From assembly GCA_977017575.1 (NCBI GenBank), contig CDRNVI010000085.1:29013-93012 (forward strand): a DNA stretch of 64,000 bases. Direction: 5' to 3'. The notes beneath the pieces were generated by a model, which had not been told where the DNA came from, did no database searches, and was given only the letters and a program-made list of their open reading frames with translations. The position numbers and the translations under genes are program-made. The first letter of the stretch is position 1; the number at the start of each line of letters is the position of its first letter. Origin of the DNA: Paramoeba atlantica. Lineage: Eukaryota; Protista; Discosea. Positions 10,588 through 21,084 of this stretch are shown in pieces.

Positions 10588-13504
10588 TTACATCACACAC
10601 TTTTCAATCTGTTTAATGTCAACTTCTTTACCCCGACTTATATGATCGGCCGGATTGTTCAACGTAGACACATATCTCGCCTCGACACAAATCCCACGTT
10701 TCTCAGTGTCTCGTATTATTTCTTTCAATTCCTTTGACACTCCTTCTGACGATAATCTCCTGTTCAACGCTGCCTTACAGGAGGTGTTATCCACGAAGAT
10801 ATCCAAGCACGTTCCTTTGGGGGAGTGCATAGCACGTTTGATTCGATAATCTCCTGTTCAACGCTGCCTTACAGGAGGTGTTATCCACGAAGATATCCAA
10901 GCACGTTCCTTTGGGGGAGTGCATAGCAAACTTTTTAATAGCTAAGCGGACCGCCATCGCTTCGGCCCGATTCACTTCATACTTAAAATTTTTCGGCCAT
11001 GCCTCACCAGTAATTAATACCTCCCCAGAATCAAGGTAAATGATGGCCCCCCATCCCTTCGCAGAAGCATCCGTGTATAACTTGTGGTGGTGAGGAACGG
11101 TGTCAGGATGAGGAGGCGGGGGTCGGGGAAGATTGCATATCAATTCATTTCGCCATTCGGTAAGTGTAGAACGAGTAACTACCGGAAGATCAACTGGCTT
11201 GTCGATCAAATACGGACAGCGATTTAATAAGTTGATCCTACGCTGCGCGACTTTCATCGCGAAATAAAAGCGTGGCATATTGAGCCGCAAGACTGCAGAT
11301 CCATACAGAAGACGCCCCACCGCCGCCTCAAGATCACGAAAAGACAATTTATGAAATTTGTCTTTTTGCAGTTTACTGACCACTCTCGGTCCCAGGCAGA
11401 CCGTATGAGTGTCGTGGTCGAAAGCCACCCCATTGAAAACATACTTCAAAGCAGGGGGCTGTCCGGCGTCTTTAAAGAGGCCGTTTGCTTTGGAACACCG
11501 CTCGTCAATAAAGCGAGCGTATTCAACGGCATCGTTCGCTGTCCCCGAAAAACGAACTCCGTCGACGTAAACGTCAGTGGCACCTCTGTGAAACGAGAAA
11601 CGCTCCTGACACACCGACCTCTCGCCGGCAATTGCGGCGGTAACAGTGTGCATGATTTCTGGTGCGCAGCGATGACCCATGGGAAGAACGTTCATCTCGA
11701 AAACTTCGCCCAATGTCGATCGAAATCTAAACTTGGGCCGTGCCTTCAAGGGAATACTAATTTGGTAAAAACCACAAGTGAAGTCGCGCTTCACTGCCAT
11801 AGCATCATGTGCTTTGTGTAGATATTTGGATGGGTGATACAGCGCAACTTCCGGTTCATAATTTAAAAGCCTGTTGTTGTCATCTCGTGTCCAGGATATA
11901 AACCTGCGGCGTTGATTACCTTCATCGTCGGTTTCAACCACTGTAAAGGGGATCATATATTGCATGGATGGTCTTTTGAGTAGGTCCTTCCCCGAAACCT
12001 TGCTTATAACGCCGGCGCCCTCAAGTAGACGTATGTCTTCCTCGGGCAAAGAACCACGTACCGAAGGCTCGGGGTACGGGCCTGTAGGAACCCATAAAAG
12101 TTCATTTAGTACCTTGCGAAAACGTGTGGCTGCCGCAGGATTTAACCATTCCTTCACTTTGTCCAATTTAATCACCGGGATTGACTTTTTCACATGGAGG
12201 GGTAGACTCATATCCTTCGGTCTAGCGAGCCGCGAGCTACGGCGGGCACATATAACGGAGTGCCTACGGAGATAGGGGACTTCGTGAAAACACTTTGTAA
12301 CATGAGAGGTTGTTAAAGTACCGGAAGGAGTGCAGACACTCGTTGTGTCCCGAGGGCCCGTGCCGTTGTAACGCTGTTTGCATTGTATCTGAGCAGTGAT
12401 TCTATGTTCTGGTGTTTTGTTAGGTTTTGAACCTCCTGCATGCGCAAATTTCCGAGAGAGATTTCGTGAAACAGATGAGTGATTGCCCCCCTTTTGATAG
12501 AGTGCGTCCCGTACCCCTGACCGAGTATTGATCGTATTTGATGGTCCATCTCGCGGACTGTCGTGTAACAGAGTCGTTGCCCGGGGTTCATGGTTTGGAT
12601 ATGCTGCGCGAGTTCTGGCGTTCCTGGCCCAGTTACAATGGCGTAAAGGTGTGGTCGAAAAGGGTTTAGGCGTGTGGTCTTTGTGCCCCTCCCCCAATAA
12701 ATTATCACTTCGCAGCTTGTTACACTCACGAACTGTTCTCTTCTTAAATCCGCGGTCTCGGTCCAACGCGCCGCTGCCTTCCAGCATAGGAGGCAACACA
12801 TGCTCTCCTTCGGATTCAAGTGTCGGCGTAGCTTTTGTAGAAGAATGGGGTTGACGGGCTGCATTTGGCGCGTGGGCTCTAGCCCCCCCTGTGCTTGCAG
12901 GGCCTTTATATATAGTTTTAAGGGAGTCGACTCTTCCCCCATTAACTGAAATAAAGTTCGCAAGCCTCCTGCGTAACCCATTCTCGTCGAGCTGGCTAGA
13001 GGCAGCGAATGTAGGAAGAGAACCGCGTTTGTGGAATTTGAAGGAACACCCTTTGCCGCGCAGTACTGCTGCATACGTAGCCAAATTCGCTCCCTGTTGG
13101 CCCATGTGGTCGTGGCCCACATCGGTTCGAGAGCGTCGCTCAGTTGTAGTGTGCGTGGGTCGTTCGGAGGAAGGCGAAGGATGGCTTGGAGAATGGCGTT
13201 GCGGTCTGCGGCGGGTTTTTCTCCTGCGGACTGGTTTAGTGCGCGTATGGGAAGGGACCGACTTCGCGGAGGACGAGTGGAAACAACATGAGGAAGGGGA
13301 GGATTGGAAGAAAGAGGGGGTCGAGGACGCCTCACCGGAGAGTCTCGTCGGGGTAAGCGCGTTTGTAAGGTTGGAGCGGTAGGAGCCCTTTGCCGCCTGA
13401 GGCAAGGGGCACGAGTAATAGGGGTGGGGGGCATTCCCTAGTGGGAACCCCGTGTTGCGCCGGCGTAACGGACGGCGCCGCCCGCCACCCCTCCGCGAAA
13501 ATCC
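10588..13504 (-). CDS. RT + RNase H, in the -1 frame relative to gag and overlapping the whole YR gene; RNase H end disrupted by an 84-bp duplication
   Basis: Track ORF 10787..13591: VKRDFTCGFYQI, VLPMGHRCAP, YVDG, LYTDASAKGWG, EVNRAEA, IFVDN. The true C-terminus is in ORF 10588..10830. The start is placed at the putative slippery site. Confidence 0.85.
12313..13434 (-). CDS. Tyrosine recombinase (373 aa)
   Basis: Catalytic-type motifs WKAAARWTE, THSIKRG, TKH, LLRY. It starts 3 nt after the gag stop, in the gag frame. Confidence 0.88.
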   Translation of the reverse strand: MPPTPITRAPCLRRQRAPTAPTLQTRLPRRDSPVRRPRPPLSSNPPLPHVVSTRPPRSRSLPIRALNQSAGEKPAADRNAILQAILRLPPNDPRTLQLSDALEPMWATTTWANRERIWLRMQQYCAAKGVPSNSTNAVLFLHSLPLASSTRMGYAGGLRTLFQLMGEESTPLKLYIKALQAQGGLEPTRQMQPVNPILLQKLRRHLNPKESMCCLLCWKAAARWTETADLRREQFVSVTSCEVIIYWGRGTKTTRLNPFRPHLYAIVTGPGTPELAQHIQTMNPGQRLCYTTVREMDHQIRSILGQGYGTHSIKRGAITHLFHEISLGNLRMQEVQNLTKHQNIESLLRYNANSVTTARALGTQRVSALLPVL

Positions 13505-14742
13505 TGATTCGTCGGATGGGAGGGACGAAACTGGTGCTGGGCCTGAGCCATCTGCGGGCAGTCCGCACGAATGTGGCCCGGCTGGTGACACGAGAAGCAG
13601 AAAGGCCGACGACGGGAGGATCGAACTTGGGGACGACCTCGGAGTTGTTCGTCGAGAACGAGTTGCCCATAACGATCCTTCGGATCATCATCACGATGCA
13701 GTCGCTGTTGCACGCGTTCGACAGCAACACCCGCAGCGGCCCAGTAGAGATTGCGGAGTTCCTCGATTATGAGTTCTGCCACAGCAAGGTTATGTTTCTC
13801 CATCCAACCCTCCGTCAGGCGAGCAGCGTAGATCCATTCGATAAGGATCTTGAATAAACGGTCCCGCTGCGGTGGCGGGTTGAATCGAACCCCTAGCTGC
13901 GGCGCCTCCCGCAGCTCACGGATGAGGTCTCGGGGCTTGAACAAATCCTCCGTGTCGATCCACGGTTGCCACGTAACCGGGTCGTAGGGGGAGAAGCTTT
14001 TGGGGTCTGTAATACGTACTCGTTCAAAGGACGGGATTAAAGATTCCACCGGCTGCCCTCCAGGCATCTTTGCCCGAACACGGACGACCGTCAAATCGTG
14101 ATACGTAATGTCGGGATGGGGAAAGCGGTATGCCGTATTGACATCACCATCCCACTCAGCGACCAATTCTAAGGACACTGGGTCATTTGGGTGCTTCATG
14201 TAAACGTCGCCTATGACTGTCTGTCGAATGTCATCACCTGGTCGAGACCACACTGCCTCGACAGTGACCTGGTATTCTTTGCGAAGAAGATTAATTATCT
14301 TGGTTACAAATTCTTCCTTAGCAGTCTGAGTCAATATTCCACGCGCATTTTGGTTGGATCGAATAGCACGGTCTACATGGTCGAGATTAAGGTCTTCATA
14401 ACGCTGAGGGGAGCGGGAAGGCTCAACTTGGTCAGGGTTGAGCGTGCTCTGCCGCCGTGGGGGAACATCTCCCGAGTTCTGGGGGGCCGTTAGGGGGTCA
14501 GGGTAAGGGCTGGGGTAAGGAGAAGGGTGTACTGTGCGTCGGTTTCGGCCAGAATAGCGCAGCGAAGGAACCGCGAAAGAGTCTACTGGCGAAGCTGGAT
14601 CAGGACGAGGTGGTCGCCCAGCTGGACAAGACAAGGAACGGCGTTTGTCGGGGTCCAAAGGGGAGAGAGGACGTGTTCGCTTAGGGCTGCGGTCTCGCTC
14701 ATGTCCTGGGTTCGCCGGCACGCGAAGTCGCTGGGAACGCAT
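13438..14742 (-). CDS. Gag-like protein (434 aa) with CCHC knuckle
   Basis: First ATG after the SL is at 14742 (MRSQRL...). CFSCHQPGHIRADC near the C-terminus. The track's extra N-terminal TIKIQFLYLV is translated SL. Confidence 0.85.
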   Translation of the reverse strand: MRSQRLRVPANPGHERDRSPKRTRPLSPLDPDKRRSLSCPAGRPPRPDPASPVDSFAVPSLRYSGRNRRTVHPSPYPSPYPDPLTAPQNSGDVPPRRQSTLNPDQVEPSRSPQRYEDLNLDHVDRAIRSNQNARGILTQTAKEEFVTKIINLLRKEYQVTVEAVWSRPGDDIRQTVIGDVYMKHPNDPVSLELVAEWDGDVNTAYRFPHPDITYHDLTVVRVRAKMPGGQPVESLIPSFERVRITDPKSFSPYDPVTWQPWIDTEDLFKPRDLIRELREAPQLGVRFNPPPQRDRLFKILIEWIYAARLTEGWMEKHNLAVAELIIEELRNLYWAAAGVAVERVQQRLHRDDDPKDRYGQLVLDEQLRGRPQVRSSRRRPFCFSCHQPGHIRADCPQMAQAQHQFRPSHPTNQDFRGGVAGGAVRYAGATRGSH

Positions 14743-14771
14743 AAACAAAAAACGCGTAAAGGAAAAAGATT

Positions 14772-14807
14772 CAACAAGGTACAGAAACTGTATCTTTATC
14801 GTTAAAG
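14772..14807 (-). other. Spliced-leader exon copy (36 nt) spliced onto gag mRNA sequence
   Basis: CTTTAACGATAAAGATACAGTTTCTGTACCTTGTTG contains the kinetoplastid SL core CAGTTTCTGTAC..TTG. It is followed by AATCTTTTTCC, not by a GT donor. Confidence 0.9.
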
Positions 14808-14835
14808 ACAAAAAAACGCGTAAAGGAAAAAGATT

Positions 14836-14870
14836 CTACAAGTAAGTAATCAGTAAATATGTAAATTTTC
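14836..14870 (-). promoter_or_regulatory. Trans-splice acceptor (AG at 14837-14836) in repeat A; second copy at 10072-10073
   Basis: TTTACTGATTACTTACTTGTAG|AATCTTTTTCCTTTACGCG. The same downstream sequence follows the SL at 14771. Confidence 0.85.
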
Positions 14871-15575
14871 AGAATACATATTGTAGCTTTTATACATGAT
14901 TCAATTACAACCCCCTTTCGGGGAAAAGAACAATGAAAATTATAACCCCCTTCCGGGGCATTTGACCCGATATTAGCCCCTCGGTTAAATTTCCATGCGT
15001 AGACTTCTAAAACTGTGCCGCTAGTGCGTTGTGGCGTGCGATTATACCATGCCCGCTTTTGCACCCCAGAGCGTGGTCACCCTCGGGATCTAGCGGTAAC
15101 GTGCATTTTTCCATAGGACAAGGCCGGGACGCTGGATAGATTGGGTCCCCTAGCCACCAGCGTGTGAGGGTGCGAAACTCCGTCGGTGTGAAAGCCAGAC
15201 CGGTTTTCTTGGAGGGGATCACAAAAGCCCATTCTGAGGCTCCTTCTCCTGTTTCTGATATCCATCTGGCCCGTGTGCGAAGGTCAGCTTTCGCAAATGC
15301 CTCGTGAAATTCCTGGTTGGCGATGGCGTGGCTAAGGTCGCGTTTTTTTTTTTTTTTTTTTTTTGATATTAACCTCGCTTCCCAAAGAAAGGGTCCTAAC
15401 AAAAGAAAGGGTCCTAATAGTTCACGTTTTGAAATTTAGCCGTAGAAACCAATTTGAACAAACTAATAATACTATAACATTCATTGTCGTTTTTTTTTTC
15501 CGTTCCTTTAGATATTATGTATATAATAATACATATAGGCATTGAAAAAAACGAAACTATGTTGATACATTTGGC

Positions 15576-18500
15576 TCAAATGCTGTACCTGCTGCTGCCT
15601 TCCGGGGATAAGTGGTTCCGCAACTGGGCGTACACTTCCGTCCCATTCAGTTCCTGAAGTAGGAGCTTGAACTCCATTTCAGTTGCTCGACGATTTAAGA
15701 GTGCCGCGTCGGATAGGACATGCAACAGAGATCTCGTATTTTGATGAAGAGAGCCGCAGGACAGCACTGGGATGCACTGAAATGCGAAGTCGGGAATTTT
15801 TCCGGATGTCACATATGTATCCCGTTTCCGCTTGATTGCATCTGTAAGAAGCTGGGAGCAAGATTTCGCTTGATTGGAGTTCGATAGCTCGTGCACCACA
15901 GTTAGATCATAAAATATTTCCCCGGTTGACCAATATATCACCAAATCAGGCCCTGAGCGAAACAGCTGACGTCCGGCACATGTTTTGTCATGAATCATTT
16001 TGTTGCTTGGAAACACTTTATTCTTGCAAATTCCGCATTGCCAAGTCGAAAAAGATCGCGGTTCTTTCTCGCATTGTATACCGGCCTTTTGTGCCAAATC
16101 GAAGATATACTTAACCAGCCGATTGTGCTTCATTGTGGCATTAAGCCCTGTACATTGGACGCATCCGGGGATGTGCTGCAAAGCTGTTTTGTTGTCGAGT
16201 AACATACGACAGCCGGGGCACAGCAGCGATTTCGGGAGTCGAGGATGAGGCATCCCAAGGCGTGTCATGATTGCAATCTGAAATGCACGCGTGGGTACAA
16301 ATTTAGCATTAGACTGTAACCAGTCATAGCTTCCTTTCCGTGTCGTGGCATTTAATATTGTGGCTAGCTTGGGATCGTGATCCTTTAAAGCCTCGTATGC
16401 TTTCTGGTGCAATTGCGCGGCTGTTGTTACTTCATCGATTGGGGCGACCACTGCTGTTTGACTCATTCCATTATCCATGATAGCGGATACGTTACTCACA
16501 TTGCCCGCCCGAGCAGAAATTGAGTTTTTGCGCTCTAGAGCTAGGTAACGAGAAGTTTCGTATGACGCCGCACGAATACTATGACATGATGTCAGACCGA
16601 GGCCTCCTTTCTTTAGCGGCAGCCGAGCCAATTCGATTTGCTCTTTGGTCATTTCTCCCAACCACTGGTGCAGCACTTTTTCGACGTTGTTGTCGAAACT
16701 GAGAGAGACCGCGTCGGTTAACGTTGGCTCGTGCACTCTTATGGCGTATTGATGCCTCACATTCATGCTTTTGGAAAGTAGCAAAAGTGAGACATTGTTG
16801 GCGCCCATAAGTTTTAATCGGCGAAAGGCTTCGGTATTCCTGACAAGCTGCTGAAACAAACCCGACTTTACAGATTCATCTTCTCCAAGGTGTGCCCCAA
16901 GGATCTTTATAGAATCGTACGCAGCCTTGACCCCTTCATTTGCAAGCTGTTCTGGAATCGGGATTTTTTCCTGTCCACCGAACCACACGCATTTTCCAGG
17001 AGCAAGTTCAATGTTGTGAGCATTCACCATTTCTTGGAGCCTTACAAATGCTTTGGCCAATGATTGTGAGTTTTTCGAAGCCATGTTCACGTCATCAATA
17101 AATGCATATATTTCGATGTCGGGAAACTCTTGTTTCAGAATCTCCAATAGTGGCTGCAGGAAGGCGCAGTAGTATAGAGATGCCAGCGGGGAACCTTGCC
17201 GGAAACCACATGTGCTGGGAATGACTCCGAATAGCGTTCCATCGGATCCGTAATACAGTAGCTCTGAGGGTTGGCCGTATTCAGCGTGAAAGATCCGTTG
17301 AAACGGGCGTAGTGTACCACAAGCAAATACGTGTTTGGCGATATCCGCCCTATTCGGGGAGTTGAAGGCGTTTTTGGCGTCAATGGAAAGAATGACGTGT
17401 CCAGACTTAAAACGCTCATGCAGTCTATGAACGATTTTTTCGCATCCTGCCTTTGACGAAACGCCGTGTTGCAGTGGTGCAAAAAGAGGGCCCAAAGTGT
17501 GTTCGTAGCGCTGGAGCAATATAACGCCGGCAAGCTTCATAAATATCTCGCCCATTGCCACTGGTCTGACTCCTCCGTTGGATTTAGGAATGGCTACGAG
17601 CCGTGCTCGGTTTAATCGAAACAAAACGCTGTGATCCACGAATCCGTTGATTAGATCCGATATCATATGGGCAAGATTAGTGCATGAGATCTCATCATCG
17701 AGCATGAGTTGCACAATCCCGTCTGTCATTCCAGTTGGGCCAGGGTTTACGCCTTTTGCGAGTCGCTTCCCTGCTTTCCGTAGCTCCTCCGTCATTATCC
17801 CGCTAATTATCGGCGCATCCTCCGGCAAAGAAATTTCGTATTGTCTTTGCGGATGTAAGGCGGCAAGCTTGTCAAGGGTCTCTTCATCCGTTAGTTGCTT
17901 TGGTGTAAAGGTCTGATCCAAGACCTTAGCCGCCTTGGAAGTACATCCATCCAATACTAGCCTTGTCGCTCGTTTGATGGCTCGTGTATCGCTCAGTGTC
18001 TCCTCTTTTCGCTCACCGTCATCGGGCTCCCGTAACGGGCGCCGTCTTCGCCTTTTTCCACTGTTTTCTCGAACAGTCGCTAGGGATAACTTAATGGCTG
18101 ATAGCAAACGGTGCCATATTTTTGTTCTTTGCGTGTGATCGGAATTTATATACTCCTGGACGATGTTCCTCAGCACCACGACAACACACGGAGCGAGGTC
18201 AGGGCTTATTGAACGTAGCGTGGGTATTGGTAACAAATCCACTGATGAATCATCTTTGGCTTTTTCTGGAAAGTTCATCTGATGATTCTCCAGAAACGCA
18301 TCCCTTTGCACAGTAGTATCGATCGCTGGCGGCGCTTGATGCCACGCTAGTTTATAGATCCGTACGTCCTCTTGTGGAGGTAAAACCCCGGAAAATTGTT
18401 CCCCAACTTTGTGACCAACAACGCCCCGATACGAGATAGATAACTTACCAAATCCTCCACGCTTACTATGTGTTCGAGTGACTTTGCCTATTGAGATGTT

Positions 18501-19068
18501 AAGCGCACCTTGTTTGTTAAATGTCCAGGCCACTGTACACATTGCGCCCGGTTTGATTTGCTTCGAATGCGTCCAAATCTCATCCGGCGAGGCCGGAAAT
18601 TGTGACTCGGGCGTTACATTCTTCATCAGGTCAAAGGATTTATTCTCCTCTGTGCTTGGGTCGATTCCGATAAACATGATCGCTGAATTTTTCTCGTTCT
18701 GTGACTTCGTTGCATTTGGCTCCCGCTCGGGTAATTCCGCATCGATTTTGGGACTTGATGGAGACCCCAACTGAGAGAGAAGCTGATCACGTTGGTTCGT
18801 TTTTTTCATGGGAGTTTCGGGAGTGTTGCACTCAAAAAACTGACGTGGCTCATCTGACGGGGAAGACGGCTCTTCAGAAAAAACATCAAAATTGTGAACG
18901 TCGTGCACGTAACCATTACCGATCCATCTGTATCCTTCAAATCGAGGGTCTTTGGGATCTGGATGCATCTCGATGTTGGTTTCATTGGCGTCATTTGCTA
19001 CCGTCGGCGGAGTATTCGTGTTCACTTGAGAATTCCCGTGATGTGATTTATGACATGTAACCGCTGTT
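15576..19068 (-). CDS. RT-RLE ORF, main piece of the family C element
   Basis: Track ORF 15576..19094. Its first residues are an artefact of the insertion junction. Confidence 0.9.
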
Positions 19069-19076
19069 CCATTTGT

Positions 19077-20539
19077 GAGAGTACACCACCCCATAGTCTC
19101 CGAAAATCTAGCTAAACTATTCGATCACGAGGTAGAAGAGGTGTTGAATTCGTGGTTTGGAACGCTATCTCAGGATCAGATAACTCAGTTACGTTTACCG
19201 GTTAAGAAAGGCGGGCTGGGCCTGACGGCTTGTCTCCCAATTCGGTGTGCAGCCTTTGAGTCCTCTTGGTATTCAGTTTTCGAGCGCCCAATTAATCTTT
19301 CAGCTCAAGTCGAACACCAAGGAGACCAGACGCACGCCATTTTGCAGTCCGACACCGACACCAGCGTGCCAACAGCAACAACCGACACCAGCGTTCCTAT
19401 CGACGAAGATACGGCGGCGGCAGCTCTTCACACGAAAGCGTGGGACCTTTTGTCTTCTTCGAAGTCAGACTCGGTTGCCATCTTACAAGCAGTCTCATAT
19501 AAGGGCAACGCAGAATGGGTCATGTCTAATGCTAAGTTTGTTCCCTCGCGCCTTTTTTCGCTTGCTTTAATGCCGCGACTCGGAATCGCGCATCCTCTAC
19601 TGCCAAAACAGTTGCTCTGCCCCGGGTGCCGGATTCTGCTAGATTCGAAAGCCATGCTCGCGCACATACCTGGCTGTTCGAAATGCCCCGGTCTCAACGC
19701 CACAGCGAAGCATAACTCTTTAGTAAATTTTCTCTACGAGTTGTGTTTAAAAGCTGGGATTCCCTGCGAAAAAGAGCCGCGTAATTTCGCAACGTTTTCG
19801 TGCACACAATGCAACGAAAAAGTGGATCCTGATTACAGACGGACGCATGGAAAAGTTTGCGGAGGCCGTTCTTTCCGCAGATCGGGTCCCGATCTTGTAG
19901 TTTTTTGGAATTCCGGCGAGATATTCTATGATTTCACCGTGATTCACGAGTTAGCGCCCTCTAATCTCGGAACAAAATGTGGCAAACTTTTTCGCGACGC
20001 GATCAAACGTAAACAAGACACCTATGTTCGCTCGGGTTTGATATCAGAGGAAACGTTTCGGTGCGTGCCAGTGCTGTCAGGCGGGTCTCTACACGAAAAT
20101 ACGAAATCTCTTCTCAACGCCCTAGCAGACGCTTGTTGCCTGCCTCGAAAACAGACGCAGATGGAGTTTCAACTCTGTCTTCAAGAGTTGAATGGAGCTG
20201 TTGTATATTCGCAGCTGAGATCCTTTCTTGAGAAGGACAAACGGGGTACAGACTATGCGATATGAAGGAACAATGGCAGGAATGTGTTTCGTTTTTTTTT
20301 GTTTTTGTTTTGATTTGAATAGATTGTAGGGTGTAGCGCCAAATTTGTAGTCGGAAGTCAACGTCCATGCTTACGTCGACGACGTTAATCTCGCATACGC
20401 ATCTTTCCGCCATTGTATTGCTTTATCGCATCAAGGCAAAAAGGCCCCCCAACTCATGCGTGACGCGATCTCCCGCAAGCAAAACACCTATGTCGCATCA
20501 GGTTTGATCGAATCAGGACAATTCGAATGCATACCGATG
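19077..20539 (+). mobile_element. Chimeric CRE-derived insertion: RLE-containing 3' part plus two short coding scraps
   Basis: 8-bp direct repeat CCATTTGT at 19069-19076 and 20540-20547. ORF 19075..20265 (thumb, finger, RLE) is followed by EVNVHAYVDDVNL (about 20354-20395) and QLMRDAISRKQNTY..CIPM (about 20450-20539). No poly(A). Confidence 0.8.
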
Positions 20540-21084
20540 CCATTTGTCGATTCCGCTGTCACGTTCTGGATCCTTATCCGAGTTGAATCATCCTCGTTTC
20601 GCAGTTTCACTGGTGATGGACTGTGGCTGCGATTAGGAAGTTGAGGCAGCTGAATGCTTTGCTGACTGCTTGCAATCGATGTCAAAGTTGAGACAGCTGC
20701 GCCGCACGTTTTCGCTGCCATGCCGCACGATTTCGTGATAATGGAACTCCATCCATTTACTTGATACAGAGTTTTGCTAATAGGAGAAGATTGGACTATG
20801 CGCGGTGCTACCGAGGCGTTCTTTCGCTGAGCTTCTCGTTTTTCTTTCTGCATGCGTGTCCACAAATCGTTGAACGTTTGCCTCCGAATGTTTGACTTTG
20901 AAATTGTAATTTTCATGGTTTTCTGAGACCTGATGTTTGGTGATTCTGATGCGACGTTTGGCGTAACGTTTGTCGACGAGAGCGATGGTGGAAATTCTGA
21001 ATCTTTTCGTGAAACCGCAACTGGTATTGTTCTTTGTGGCGTGACCATCTCGTGAGCCTTGCGGTGCGAGAATCCTTTAGGCGG

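Larger units (their letters stand above)
9791..15009 (-). mobile_element. Full-length VIPER/TATE-like YR retrotransposon with split direct repeats A1-gag-YR-RT/RH-B1-A2-B2
   Basis: A1 14807-15009 matches A2 10043-10245 (203 bp, one difference seen). B1 10246-10474 matches B2 9791-10019 (229 bp, one difference seen). Inserted without a TSD at CAGTTT^ACTTCT in the host ORF. Confidence 0.92.
8770..15342 (-). mobile_element. 5'-truncated CRE-clade element (distinct family), in two pieces 15010-15342 and 8770-9790, split by the YR element
   Basis: CPMEKC..DPEGDHALGC..GIIARHNALAAQF joins in frame to TSECKKAGF..TRPGDVF..LDFAVTH..K. Stop at 9266. A-tracts at 9066-9082, 8910-8928 and a terminal poly(A) at 8770-8781. 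Confidence 0.88.

Noticed and set aside
19075-19094. Head-to-head overlap of two ORF starts, or a twin-priming inversion
   Set aside because: It is explained by a TSD-bounded insertion of a different family member. Neither track start codon is real.
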